Shown: positions 1-11,316 of the stretch, piece by piece
Numbering within the stretch: position 1 is the stretch's first letter
Layout: each line of letters opens with the position of its first letter
Origin: a bacterium
Lineage (GTDB): Bacteria > JAJVIF01 > JAGGVT01
Direction: 5' to 3'
DNA: 64,000 nt
Assembly: GCA_021157815.1 (NCBI GenBank)
Contig: JAGGVT010000096.1
Location: 9,335-73,334, forward strand
Made by a program: the position numbers and the translations under genes
Notes under the pieces: model-generated
The model's database searches: none
Seen by the model: only the letters and a program-made list of their open reading frames with translations
Told to the model about the DNA's origin: nothing

Positions 1-2
1 CG

Positions 3-926
3 GGCAATTGCGGTGAGCCGTACGAAATCTGCAATTTTTATCAGGATCCCCTGTATGATACAGTCGGCGCATCGGCAAATATCGCGATTACTGTTCGCGA
101 CTGGCAGAGCGATACAGACGCGGTTAATCTATATTGTCCTGAGATCACAGGCGTAACGCTTGTACCATTTACTCAGATTGATACTGAAACATGGGAAATG
201 GACCTGGTAAACGAAACCGGCGCATCAGAAGGCGATTATACCGGTTTCATTCTCGCAACATCAGCAAACTCCGGAACGCTTACACTATATGATGAAATTA
301 CAATAACTGTTACAAGCAGCGGATGCACCGAGCAAGAACTATACTATGATTTCATCGGCTGCGGTGACCCAATCGATTTCGTTTTTGAATGCCAGGGATG
401 GGTAGCCGGCGGATGCGGCCTGCCAAATTCATCCAATACTATGGGATGTTTCAAGTGGGGATGCGATGTCGGCAATCCCTGCGGAATGACTCATCCATAC
501 CTGACAACAGGCGGCGGTGAGATGATGGGATCAGACCCAAGCTGTGATTATATATTTTCACACGGCACTGCCGCGGATTTCAATGTAGTCAGCCCGCCAA
601 TCAACCTGCCAATATCTGACTATAGCGCCATCGAATTCAACCACTGCAACGATTTAACGGCTGGCGCAACTTTCTATGTTTATGTCTCAGAAAATGGATG
701 CACGGGCCCGTGGACTGAATTGTGGCTCTCAACCTCAAATGGCTGTTTTGAAAATACGTCGGTTGATATTTCAGATTATTCCGGGACAGATGTAATGTTC
801 CGATTCAGGTATGAATCGCTAAATTATACTGTTGGCACATCCGGTTTATGCGGCGATAACGCAGGCGTTGTAATCGACAATATCAGTATCAATGGATGTT
901 TCATAGGCACGCTTGAAGAGAATTAA
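3..926 (+). CDS. 5'-truncated member of the surface-lipoprotein family; C-terminal Cys-rich domain
   Basis: The frame is open from position 3 with no stop before the listed Met at 198. The upstream translation contains ITVRDWQSDTDAV, matching the family DWQQN motif. The C-terminal 240 aa is Cys/Gly-rich (GCG, CG, GC pairs). A terminator follows. Confidence 0.6.
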   Translation, partial: GNCGEPYEICNFYQDPLYDTVGASANIAITVRDWQSDTDAVNLYCPEITGVTLVPFTQIDTETWEMDLVNETGASEGDYTGFILATSANSGTLTLYDEITITVTSSGCTEQELYYDFIGCGDPIDFVFECQGWVAGGCGLPNSSNTMGCFKWGCDVGNPCGMTHPYLTTGGGEMMGSDPSCDYIFSHGTAADFNVVSPPINLPISDYSAIEFNHCNDLTAGATFYVYVSENGCTGPWTELWLSTSNGCFENTSVDISDYSGTDVMFRFRYESLNYTVGTSGLCGDNAGVVIDNISINGCFIGTLEEN

Positions 927-952
927 ACAATTCAATCTATATGACACTAACC

Positions 953-989
953 AAGCCCGGCTTGTTACATGCAAGCCGGGTTTTTTATT
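953..989 (+). terminator. rho-independent terminator
   Basis: aagcccggcttg..caagccgggtt stem followed by TTTTTTATTT, immediately after the stop at 926. Confidence 0.6.
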
Positions 990-1178
990 TCGTGGCGACC
1001 TCGTCCCGGGATACTGCCATTATTCAATATTCATGCCATTTGACACCGGTAACTGCCAGTATTTACTTTGTCATGTTTGTTTTCTTTAATGTATAGTGCT
1101 ATAATTTTTGTGATATACAGGGGTGCGATAGGTCTTCTTGTTTGTCTCCAAATCTCTTAGGAATTAAGGAGTTAACGA

Positions 1179-4100
1179 TGCAAAACTCCATTCGTTTTTT
1201 TATAACAGCAATGGTCATTACAGCCCTGCTTTTTGGTTGTTCAAGCGGTGGGAAAAATCCGGTAATGCCGCGTGATCCCGGTGACGGCAATGCAACCCCG
1301 GAACTACCGCTAGTCAGTGACACCCTTGATGATGTATTGAATCCTGAAAGGAATTTTGATGATCTCCCTGCTGCGGAATTGGGTACAATTCGAAACACAT
1401 TCAACGCTCTAGGCACAATGGGCGCGTACGAGTTATCACTGGACGCTGATTCCATGTCCGCTGAGCTTATTTCAATTCGTACAGCATCGCTTGGTGAGAG
1501 CTTTCTTGTATCAGGCGCCAGTTTCTTCACAGTCCGACCATGCATCGACTGCCTGAGAATTGAATCAATCGAATTGACTCCTGAAAATACAATCCTTGTT
1601 CAATTCGCCGTCAGGCATCCTTTTGAAAAAGGCGTTAAGACCGAACCGGCATCAGCGCTGAATCGTCTTGATCTGGATGTTTTCGACCTGGCGATTGTCA
1701 TAGTGCCATACAGCGCGAGTTACAAATCCTTCCCTCTTCTTGATGTCAACGCATATTCGAAACTATGCCAGAATGTTGACGGTTTCACCAGGGAACTCGC
1801 GGATTTAACTCACAACCCGCATGCCTGCCCCTATTATCTTGTTGTTGACGAGTCTGGTTTGGATGAGCACGACTACAACAGATTCGAAATGGGCACAACG
1901 GATGTACTGGTTCCGGCTTATTTCGCGGCAAATGGCAAGTTCAGGATTTACCTGACAATGGGTTACGGCGCGAGCGCTGATTTCACAACACGGCTTAGCC
2001 CGGTCTATTACAACCCTGAGTTCAACCGCAAATCCGCGTGGAAAGTCGAAGTAATTCCGCCTGAGGGCGAAAACCCTCCCGCATTAGGCAACACGTGGAA
2101 TGAGATTGATACATCAACGACTTACGACGTTACAATAAAAGTATATGACTGGCAGCAAAACGCGACAGTGGCGACCAAATATCCTGATTATGAAAACCGT
2201 GACCATATCTATGCTTCATCAAAAGTCAAACGCGTTACAGCTGAAGTTATGAATATGACAAATGATTTGAGATGGGAGTACACACCGGTAAGCGGCGATG
2301 GTTCCCCTCTTGACCCGTTGATTTACAAAGTGAAAATAGCAAATGAAAAAGGGCTTTCAGCCGGAGAACATTTCGGGCTTGTCAAAGTAAGCGATGAACG
2401 GCATCCGGCGTTAGCCGCCGATGTCGGTACGATTGACTCTCTGGTGCACAGTCCTGATGGAGGTACGCTGTATTGGAACACGATACCTGAATTCGCGACA
2501 TATCAGATTTTCACAGCGACTGTTGTTCCCGGTGACGGCATCACTGTCATACATCCAAACGGCGGTGAAACATGGGGGATTAGCTCATCGCAGACAGTAA
2601 CATGGTCATCGACGGGTACAATCGCAAATGTGAACATCGAACTTTCTCTGGACAGCGGCAGCAATTTCACAGTTCCAATCGCCAATACCGTTCCGAATAC
2701 AGGTTCATTTATCTATAATCCTGTTGGGAATTTCCCCACTGAAAATGCGAGAGTAAGGATTTACAATTCGCTCGACGCTACCATCGTTGATGAATCGGAC
2801 AACGATTTCACAATAGAGGATATCCAGGGGCCAATTCAGGTAATCACGCCAAACGGCGGCGAAATCTGGGCTAAAAACACCCAGCAGAATATTACATGGA
2901 CTGCCGATGCTGATATTACCTATGTCAGGATTTATCTGTCCATGGATTCCGGCCTGAGTTACACAATTCCAATCACCGGTTCAACGCAAAACGATGGAAT
3001 CCATCAGTGGAACATACCGGAAGAAGCCATTGGAATTAATAACAGAATTAAAGTGCAAAAACTCACAGATCCGTTGATTTTCGATGAAAGCGACGCTGAT
3101 TTTCAGGTTGTTTGCCCGGTACTTAATCCGCCAGCGAGTGTTACAGCCTCCGATGGCACATATAATGACAAAGTCTCCGTTTACTGGGATGAAGTCGCAG
3201 GAGCATCCGGATATGATATCTACCGCGATAATGTACTGCAGGTTGCCAATCATCCTGCATTATCATGGGAGGATGTCGCTGTTGTTCCCGGAACCATTTA
3301 CAATTATCAGATTGCATCAATAAACTCCTGCGGAGCCGGCCTAAAGGGGCCCGCCGACCCGGGTGAACCCGGAAATGCGTGTGTTTTACCCACATCGCCA
3401 ACCGGAGTAAGCGCGACTGATGGCAATTTCCCCGATAAGGTAACAGTTACCTGGAACGCCGTGGCAGGTGTAACCGGATACAACATCTACCGCGATTCCA
3501 TTTTGCAGCAGGGCAATTACACATTGCTTACATGGGATGACACATCAGTAACTCCGGGAGTGATATACAACTACCAGGTTGAAGCGTTTAACGGTTGCGG
3601 AACAAGCGCCAAATCTCCCGCCGACCCGGGCGAGTCCGGACATGCGTGTGTTCTGCCGGATTTCCCAACCGGTGTGGACGCGACTGATGACGCTTTTCCC
3701 GACAGGGTTACCGTTTCATGGAACGTTGTGATAGGCGCGACCGGTTACGATATCTACCGCGACAGCGGACTTGTGCAGGATGATTTCGTTGGATTAACAT
3801 GGGATGACATGACTGTAGTTCCGGGAACAGTTTATTACTACCAGGTTGAAGCTGTGAATACCTGCGGTAACGGGGCAATTGCTCCACCTGATCCCGGCGA
3901 ACCCGGAAACGCGTGCGTTATGCCATTACCGCCAACCGGAGTAAGCGCGACTGACGGTAATTTCCCGGACAAGGTAACTGTTTCATGGAATGCTGCAGTC
4001 GGCGCAACCGGATACAATATATACCGCGATTCTGTTGTGCAGCTGGCAAACCATCCCGGCATAACATGGGATGACATGACAGTAACTCCGGGAGTGGTTT

Positions 4101-6268
4101 ACAACTACCAGGTTGAAACAGTTAACGGCTGCGGAACAAGCGCCCTGGCTCCCGTTGCCCCCGGTGAACCCGGCAATGCGTGCGTTCTCCCTGTCGCACC
4201 GGCGTGGATTACAGCATCGGATGGCACTTTCACAGACAGAATTCAAATCGACTGGGCGCTTGTTGCGGGAGCGACAGGATATAATATCTATAGGGATTTG
4301 AATCCGGTGCCTGTCGCAACGAATGTAGCCGCTCCAACATGGGATGATTCCGCTGTAAACATCTGTGAAAATCACGATTATGAGGCTTCCGCCGTTTCAG
4401 CATGCGGCGAGGGGCCCAAATCCGCCAGCGACACGGGTTATTCAGAGGAATTCCCTGCCGCTCCGACAGGTGTGAATGCAACCGATGACGCTTTTCCTGA
4501 CAAAGTTACCGTCTCATGGAACGCGGTAACTGGAGCGACAAGTTACGACATTTACCGCGATACAATACTTGTTCAGGATGATTTTGCGGGTTTGACATGG
4601 GATGACACGACTGTAACTCCGGGAACTATTTATAATTACCAGGTTGAAGCGGTCAACGCCTGCGGCAATGGGCCTATTGCGCCGGGAGCGCCGGGCGAAC
4701 CCGGCAACGCTTGTGTTTTACCAACAGACCCAACTGGAGTCGATGCGACTGACGGCACTTTCCCGGACAAGGTAACAGTATCATGGAACGCCGTTGGGGG
4801 AGCGACTGGATATAACATCTATAGGGATAGCGGACTGGTGCAGGCTAATCACCCCGGTATTACATGGGATGACACGACAGCAGTTCCTCCTGTTGTTTAC
4901 AACTACCAGGTTGAAGCGATAAACGGCTGCGGTGTCAGCAATAAAGCTCCTGCCGACCCGGGTGAACCCGGCAATGCATGCGAACTTCCGGATACTCCAA
5001 CCGGACTTGCAGCATCAGACGGTACTCACACTGACAGAGTTCAGCTCAGTTGGACCGCCGCTGCTGGCGCGCTGTCTTACGACATCATCCGAAATTCAGG
5101 TTTCCTGATTAATGTACCGGGAATAACCCATGACGACATGACCGCCACGGCGGGAGTGATTTACACGTACGAGGTTGAAGCGGTAAACGCATGCGGCAAC
5201 AGCCCGGCTTCAGCAGCGGATACCGGTTACGCTTTCGCTTGCGCGGCTGATACAAACGATACATGTGGAACAGCTGATCAAATGTTTATGAACAATTTCG
5301 TAACGGGACACTCCGTATCAGGATGCGTTGACATGATTGATGAGGACTGGTTTTATGTGTATGCTCCTCCAAATGGAATTACAGCGGCAAGTACAATAGA
5401 CATCACAATGCCATCCGGCACGCTGGATATTGAAGTTTATGGAATCGACCCGGGCGGAACATGCCCCGGAGCGCTGATTACATCGCAAACCAACATTGGA
5501 ACAACAACAGTTAATGTTCCAGCAAGTTCGTTAAGCCTTCTCTACATTAAACTGATAGGCAACTCCGGAGAGGTCAGTTACACAATGGATTTGGATCTTG
5601 CCCCATGGATAACAAATATGCCTGTTCAGGTGTGTGTCGCGACCGATGACGGCACACCCGGCGGCAACTGGCCATACGACGGCACGAATTACCTTGATCT
5701 TGCACGACTTAACCAGATGATAACATGGGCTAATAATTTCTGGCATCAATATGGTTATAACCTCAATTGGGATGGCTCCACTGTAACAATCATGGATTGG
5801 ATCTATTACAATCTGGATAATGGCGCGGAAGTCAACGCAATGCACACCGCTTATCATACTAACAATCTGCTAACTCTCTACTGGGTCAACCAGCTTGATC
5901 CACCGCATAATACCGCGTACTGCAGGTGTTATACTCCTGAATCAGCGCATAATGTAAATAATGTCTTCACCGCCTACAGTCCGAATGTGTGGACATGGGA
6001 ATCGGTTGTTGAACATGAGAACGGTCATGCGATGGCTTATTATTTCGATGAATATCTATATAATGCCGGCGGATGCGCCTGCGGAGACAATGGCTGTCTC
6101 GGCTATGTTCCGTGGCTCTACTGGTGCGATAATGGCTGTTACAACGGCAACCTGATGTATTACCATCAGATGGGCTGGACATGGGATTTGTTTAACCTTG
6201 TTAACGGCCAATGGCAGCAGATAAATGAATTTAACTTTAACAATCCAACCAATTATCCGTGGTTCTGA
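1179..6268 (+). CDS. Giant surface lipoprotein: family N-terminal module, 2 beta-sandwich repeats, 8 tandem Fn3-like repeats, PPC domain and C-terminal HEXXH-containing region
   Basis: AGGAG RBS then ATG at 1179. Signal peptide ending in lipobox LLFGCSSGG. N-terminal motifs RPCIDC, RHPFEKG, NRLDLDVFDL, EFNRKSAWKVEV, YDWQQN are shared with paralogs. Repeats with GYNIYRD/YNYQVEA/NGCG occur 8 times. DEDWFYVY...LDIEVYG looks like a pre-peptidase C-terminal (PPC) domain. HENGH is present near the C-terminus. Confidence 0.9.
3110..5230 (+). repeat. Coding tandem repeat, about 270-285 bp period x8 (Fn3-like units), high DNA identity between units
   Basis: Repeated DNA blocks such as ccaaccggagtaagcgcgactga..ggatacaa(c/t)at(c/a)taccgcgat recur at about 3400, 3660, 3940, 4470 and 4740. 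The protein shows 8 units ending in Y(D/N)IYRD. Confidence 0.8.
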
Positions 6269-6286
6269 TAAGGGAGGACTACGAAA

Positions 6287-6883
6287 ATGAAAAAACTAAT
6301 TTATATCTCCATCATGGCATGTTTTGTAGTGGGGTTTTTCGCAATGCCGGCAAGCGCGTTAAGCCACAACGCCGAGAAATTCCTTCAGGCATGCACAGCA
6401 TTGGATTCTGTCTTCCCGCCTCGAAACTGGGATAAATACGATCTTCGGGACGCCGCGCTGGAAGTTCTCGATGAAATCGAAGACGGCACTTTCAACGCCT
6501 GGCCAACCGAGCCAACCGATTTCTGCCTCAAAACGCTCGGATACACACAATTCCCCGAGGACGTTGACAGGATTATCGCTTACGAGGATGACCTGACATA
6601 TTCAGTCCTGCGCTCATTAAAAGGATTTCCATCCGTAAAAGCGATTGAATGCCATTACAGATGGCTTGACAACGAGATTATGCCCAAGCGTGAACTGGCA
6701 TTTCAGGGTCTTGCGGATATCGATTTCAACAAGCTAAAGAAACCCGATAAGTGGCGCAGCGATGTCCTTGCAAAGCTTATAAACGCAAGGCAAAAAGAGA
6801 AAGTTGACTGGCTGATTAAGATTCTGGATAAATCAATTACAAAGGTCGAATCTTTCAAGATTAAGAAAGCGCCTAAGAAGTAG
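6287..6883 (+). CDS. hypothetical secreted protein
   Basis: GGGAGG RBS. N-terminal signal peptide MKKLIYISIMACFVVGFFAMPASALS. No recognisable domain. Confidence 0.7.
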   Translation: MKKLIYISIMACFVVGFFAMPASALSHNAEKFLQACTALDSVFPPRNWDKYDLRDAALEVLDEIEDGTFNAWPTEPTDFCLKTLGYTQFPEDVDRIIAYEDDLTYSVLRSLKGFPSVKAIECHYRWLDNEIMPKRELAFQGLADIDFNKLKKPDKWRSDVLAKLINARQKEKVDWLIKILDKSITKVESFKIKKAPKK

Positions 6884-6907
6884 GATAAATACAATAATTT
6901 ACCAATC

Positions 6908-7705
6908 TTATTGCTTTGCCATATAAATATTTACTAACATAAGCACTGCTGCTAAAAGCGTTGTTACAGCAAACAGAAGTTTCAATGTTTTCGGTTTTGT
7001 CTTAAGTGCAATCCTGCTGCCAATAATACCTCCTATAATTGTAACTGCAGCAAGCGGTACAGCCAGGGCTGGATTGAAACTCTCATGCATCGTATGCCCA
7101 ATAAATCCAGCAAAAGCTGTTGATGCAACCATTGCCGATGCTGTTCCCACGGCAATGCGCATTGGTACGCCACACGCCAGCACCATCAGCGGTACCAGAA
7201 ATGAGCCGCCGGAAACTCCAACCATGCCGGCAAAAAATCCGCTGGCAACAGCAATCGGAACAGTTAGCCACAAATTTATTGGGTAAATATCATCACCAGA
7301 TTTGAGATTCCAGAATCCAATGCGAGCGCTATCTTGTTTCCTGCGTTCATCCACTTGGAACAACATCATGATGCCCGCGACAACAAGAAGCAATGAGAAG
7401 ATGATTTTCATCTCCCTGCCAGTGAAATGCTGCGCGAGGAATCCGCCAGCAAACGCCATGACGAGGGTTATTCCGCCCATGAACAAAAATAAAGGGAATG
7501 AAAGCGCTTTGGATTTATGGAAAACAAAAGACGCTGCAAGCGCGGTTGCGAAAAGCACAAACTGCCCTGTTAAAGCGGCATCGTGCATCGGAATACCCGC
7601 CAGAACAAGTGTTAACACATAAAAATTCCCCCCGCCACGTCCAACCATTGTCATTACGATGGACAAAGCGAAAAACACAGCGCCGATTATAGCTACTTTA
7701 TACAT
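6908..7705 (-). CDS. TSUP/TauE-SafE family (DUF81) membrane transporter
   Basis: Polytopic, Gly-rich TM protein with two internally similar halves; VGVSGGSFLVPLMVLACGVPMRIAVGTAS is typical of the TauE/SafE sulfite-exporter family. Confidence 0.75.
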   Translation of the reverse strand: MYKVAIIGAVFFALSIVMTMVGRGGGNFYVLTLVLAGIPMHDAALTGQFVLFATALAASFVFHKSKALSFPLFLFMGGITLVMAFAGGFLAQHFTGREMKIIFSLLLVVAGIMMLFQVDERRKQDSARIGFWNLKSGDDIYPINLWLTVPIAVASGFFAGMVGVSGGSFLVPLMVLACGVPMRIAVGTASAMVASTAFAGFIGHTMHESFNPALAVPLAAVTIIGGIIGSRIALKTKPKTLKLLFAVTTLLAAVLMLVNIYMAKQ

Positions 7706-7734
7706 GGAATATTTTCCCTATCAGAATTGCAATC

Positions 7735-8907
7735 TTACCTCAGATATTTTTCCATTCTGTCGAAAGCCGTGTTTATCATTTCATCCGGCACACAGAATGA
7801 CAGCCTTAAATGTCCCTCGCCTGTAGATCCAAATGCAACGCCGGGCGTCGTCGAGACTTTTGCCTCTTTCAGCATTTTCTTGCAGAACGATGCTGAATCA
7901 TGCGAGCCTTCATCAGTCAGTATTTTCGGGAACATCAGATATGAACCGCCGGGTTTTTTGTATTCAAAAAAAGATGAAAGCCCATCCAGACGTTCGCACA
8001 TCAGATTCCTAGCGTGAAGATATTTTTCTCTGTAATCACTAACACAATCCTGCGAACCCTTTAGAGCAGCCAGCGCAGCATACTGCGATACAACTGGGGC
8101 ACATATCGCAAAAGGAATATGAGCTTTGCTGATTTGCGGAATCCATTCCTCATCCGCGTGAAGGTAGCCGACTCTCCAGCCTGTCATGGCGTATGTTTTA
8201 GTAAACGTAAAGCAACTGATTGCGTTTTTCCTCATTTCGGGAATGGATGCAATGCTGAAATGCTTGTGCCCATCGAAAACGAAATACTCGTACGCCTCAT
8301 CGGTTATCACAACCAGGTTGTGCTCCAGCGCTATCGCAGCAAGCTGGCGAAGTTCATCCTCGCTGAAAACCGTTCCGGTCGGATTGGATGGTGAACAGTA
8401 CAGAATCGCTCTTGTTCGTGGTGTAATCGCCTTTTTGATTGCATCAATATCCAGCCTGAAATCCTCTTCTTCGATTAGAGGAACCAAAACTGGTTTACCG
8501 GATGCTATATCAACCTGACGTATGTGGGTGGAGTATGTCGGCGTTGGCAGAATGACCTCATCGCCGGGGTCAATTACAGCCATTACCGCCGCTGCCAAAC
8601 CCTCAATTGCTCCGACTGTTACAATAACCTGAGCGGGATTTGCATCAATGTTGTTGTCCCGTTTTAGTTTAAGAGCGATTTCATCGCGAAGCGCTTTCAG
8701 GCCTGATGATTCAGTATATCCGCCTGTAAGGTCGCTCTGAATGGCATCGATAGCGGCATCTTTAATGTGCTGCGGAGTTCCTGAGGTTGGTTTTGCCCAC
8801 GACAGAAACGCGACATCCTCAATCTCTTTGGATAAGCGCGTCATTTCATGAATCGCGGATTTGCTGATTCGATTTATTCGTTCTGATACTCTAATTAAAT
8901 TACTCAT
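7735..8907 (-). CDS. class I/II PLP-dependent aminotransferase (aspartate/aromatic aminotransferase-like)
   Basis: Canonical motifs: SNPTGTVFS, VITDEAYEYFVFDG, TKTYAMTGWRVGY (lysine region), PTPTYSTH. Confidence 0.9.
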   Translation of the reverse strand: MSNLIRVSERINRISKSAIHEMTRLSKEIEDVAFLSWAKPTSGTPQHIKDAAIDAIQSDLTGGYTESSGLKALRDEIALKLKRDNNIDANPAQVIVTVGAIEGLAAAVMAVIDPGDEVILPTPTYSTHIRQVDIASGKPVLVPLIEEEDFRLDIDAIKKAITPRTRAILYCSPSNPTGTVFSEDELRQLAAIALEHNLVVITDEAYEYFVFDGHKHFSIASIPEMRKNAISCFTFTKTYAMTGWRVGYLHADEEWIPQISKAHIPFAICAPVVSQYAALAALKGSQDCVSDYREKYLHARNLMCERLDGLSSFFEYKKPGGSYLMFPKILTDEGSHDSASFCKKMLKEAKVSTTPGVAFGSTGEGHLRLSFCVPDEMINTAFDRMEKYLR

Positions 8908-9093
8908 GATTATCTCCTTCCAGTGATGTTGATCAAAGCAAGTTTATGTTACCACCGGAGGTTGTTATATTCCAGTTATCGCTCACTACCCAAAATCCGC
9001 AATAGGATATTTTTGTAACACCTGCAGCTCGCAGGTTGTGTGGAAAACGCTCGTTTTTCCCGTTAACATTGAATTCACCAATTGGGTGATAAA

Positions 9094-9173
9094 TTGTCAT
9101 TCTGAACTTGATTCAGAATCCATATCTTTTTCGCTTGTCAAGATGGATTCCGGGTCAAGCCCGGAATAACAAC
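9094..9173. repeat. Pair of inverted REP-like hairpin elements (same family as the array at 26081-26394)
   Basis: The two units are ttgtcattctgaaCTTGAttcagaatccat and, inverted, gttgttattccgggCTTGAcccggaatccatc. They share the GTCATTC..CTTGA..GAATCCAT frame with different but self-complementary stems. Confidence 0.6.
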
Positions 9174-9307
9174 GAGTTCAATCGCGGATTTAGGGTATTC
9201 ACTTACGATTCATGTCTGATAGATACCAATAAGCCGGTATGTTCTTTATTAATCAGTAATACGGTAATAGGTCTCTAATTTAACCGGACAGCAGTGACAT
9301 TATATAA

Positions 9308-11206
9308 TTAACAAAGATTTCTAACGAATTGTTCTCCATCAATTGATTCTACTGGTCCACCCCTCAGCATTGAAGTATGTTGTCTTAACCCATGATTTGG
9401 TCGACCAGAATGTGCAGTTGGTCCGCTACGTTGTTTTGCCCAAGTCATGAATAACATTTCTGTCGACCTTGTCATTGCCACATATAGTAATCTTCGTTCC
9501 TCATCAAAATCTTCTTGGGGAAATGGAATTAAATCATTTTCTGCCCCAATCACGATTGTGGCACGAACTGTTAATCCTTTTGATTGTCTCATTCTCATTA
9601 ATCGAACACCATGTGAATGACTAGATAATATGTCTTTTCCAATAGGTTGTATTTGTCCAATGTAAAAACCAAGATTCTTCCCCTTGTCTATTAAGTCATC
9701 AATTTCTATTAAAAGCTGTTTTAAATCATCTGTGCATTCAGGCAGCTGACCATTTTCCATTTGTTCCAGAATCCATTTGCCCCAGTAAATATCTTCATCA
9801 TCTGGGACTTGAGTCAATTCGATAAAATTGGTCATTGATTCCCATAGTTTTTTTGCTTGTTTCTTTCCATGTATTGGTGAAGAGGAAAAATTATTCGTTG
9901 CTTCATCAAAAAACGCCTGGCTAAAGCTTATTTGTGCTTCCTTAGCTTTTTGATACAGAAAGCTTATGAATTTAGCACCGATACCTTTAGTCATTTCCAT
10001 TAAGCTCCACCAAGCTAAGGAATCTTTTTCGTTTGATAAGAGCGATAGTATTTCAATTACATATCTATTACTTTGATCCTCAAGTATTACATTGATTTTA
10101 TCTGTTTCAGAAAAGGGAATGTTGAGCTCCTCAAGATTATCCTTTATCAATTTTGTAAATATGCCTTGTCGATCCTTTCTTGATAGTATAAGAATGTCGG
10201 ATGGGTCTATATGTTGCGAGTTTATCATCCATTTTGTTAGTTTTGAGACACCTTTTGCTTCCTCCTCCTCATTTCTAAATCTTAACAGACCTACATGCCC
10301 CTCATCAGATTGCTCATAACAATCTAATGTATATGGAGATTGTTCATCTGTACTACCTTGGATTACAAACTGAGACCACTCAAATAATTTCCTTGGTAGT
10401 CTTCGGCAGATTGTAAGTCCATAATCTTTAATAGGTGTAAATTCGTTAGGGAATCTAAGAATTCCTTTAGGATGTGCATTTCGAAAAGAGTAAATGGATT
10501 GTTTGTCATCGCCGATCGCAAAGATCGAGATTTCTCTATCTGATAAACGACGAAGAACCTCAAGATCACAAGCATTTAAATCCTGGTATTCATCAACAAT
10601 AATAATATCATAATCGATTCCCTTCAAATGATCATGGTCTCTCAATGCACATCTAAGCAGATCAGGTAATTCTTCAAGAAGTGTATAACCAAATATCGAG
10701 CGATGCACAAGCCATATGCCCATGAATTTTGCTCTTTCTTGGGTTGAAATTTCTGTATTTTCTTGCTCTGACAATGATTCCCATTTTGCTGCCATCTCCT
10801 TTATTAAATTATCCAGTAGTTTTACTTTTACACCAACAAGTTTTGCAAGATGCCGCCGAATGAGAAGTCGTTTTTCAACATCATTAGGAATGCGTAATGG
10901 AACAGGGAATTCAGCACATCCTTCATTCTGCAAAACAACAGAAATAGAAAACGAGTGAAGTGTACTTGGTTTAGCAAGTTTTTCTGATTCAATATTTTCA
11001 AGTTTTGTTGCTAATTCTGCAGTAGCTGCCCTTGTAAAAGTAATGAATTTTACTTTAGCAGGATTGTCCTCTGAATTTATAAGTCTGTTTGTTAACTCAA
11101 CTGCGGTAAGGCTTTTACCTGTCCCTGGTCCAGCTATAACGCGTCCATTCTTTTCCACAGGATGGCTGATTATTTCTTTCTGCTCATCAGTGAATTCTAT
11201 GGCCAT
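9308..11206 (-). CDS. SF1 UvrD/Rep-like DNA helicase (compact, 632 aa) in an AT-rich patch
   Basis: Walker A AGPGTGKS, motif Ia FITFTRAATAELA, motif II IIVDEYQDLN, C-terminal motif VI LLYVAMTRSTEML. Lower GC than flanking genes. Confidence 0.85.
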   Translation of the reverse strand: MAIEFTDEQKEIISHPVEKNGRVIAGPGTGKSLTAVELTNRLINSEDNPAKVKFITFTRAATAELATKLENIESEKLAKPSTLHSFSISVVLQNEGCAEFPVPLRIPNDVEKRLLIRRHLAKLVGVKVKLLDNLIKEMAAKWESLSEQENTEISTQERAKFMGIWLVHRSIFGYTLLEELPDLLRCALRDHDHLKGIDYDIIIVDEYQDLNACDLEVLRRLSDREISIFAIGDDKQSIYSFRNAHPKGILRFPNEFTPIKDYGLTICRRLPRKLFEWSQFVIQGSTDEQSPYTLDCYEQSDEGHVGLLRFRNEEEEAKGVSKLTKWMINSQHIDPSDILILSRKDRQGIFTKLIKDNLEELNIPFSETDKINVILEDQSNRYVIEILSLLSNEKDSLAWWSLMEMTKGIGAKFISFLYQKAKEAQISFSQAFFDEATNNFSSSPIHGKKQAKKLWESMTNFIELTQVPDDEDIYWGKWILEQMENGQLPECTDDLKQLLIEIDDLIDKGKNLGFYIGQIQPIGKDILSSHSHGVRLMRMRQSKGLTVRATIVIGAENDLIPFPQEDFDEERRLLYVAMTRSTEMLFMTWAKQRSGPTAHSGRPNHGLRQHTSMLRGGPVESIDGEQFVRNLC

Positions 11207-11316
11207 TTATATATCCTTTATAAGTTTTTCCTTAACAATCATCCACAATTGGAATGCTATCTCACAATTCATTAATCATTTATCCTTTTCGTTCTCTCGC
11301 TACATATTAAATCCCT

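Noticed and set aside
1100-1105. Sigma-70 promoter upstream of the giant lipoprotein (TATAAT at 1100-1105)
   Set aside because: A perfect -10 hexamer is present but no convincing -35 at 17±1 bp spacing. That is too weak to call as a feature.
2503-5857. Many 60-130-aa ORFs on the opposite strand or in other frames within the 1708-aa gene (for example 3983..4375, 4230..4481, 5531..5857), and similarly within the kinase, BNR, lyase and operon genes (for example 17111..17773, 24895..25572, 55269..55940, 57229..57687)
   Set aside because: They are shadow ORFs inside long, well-supported genes. Repeat-rich coding DNA generates open frames on both strands.
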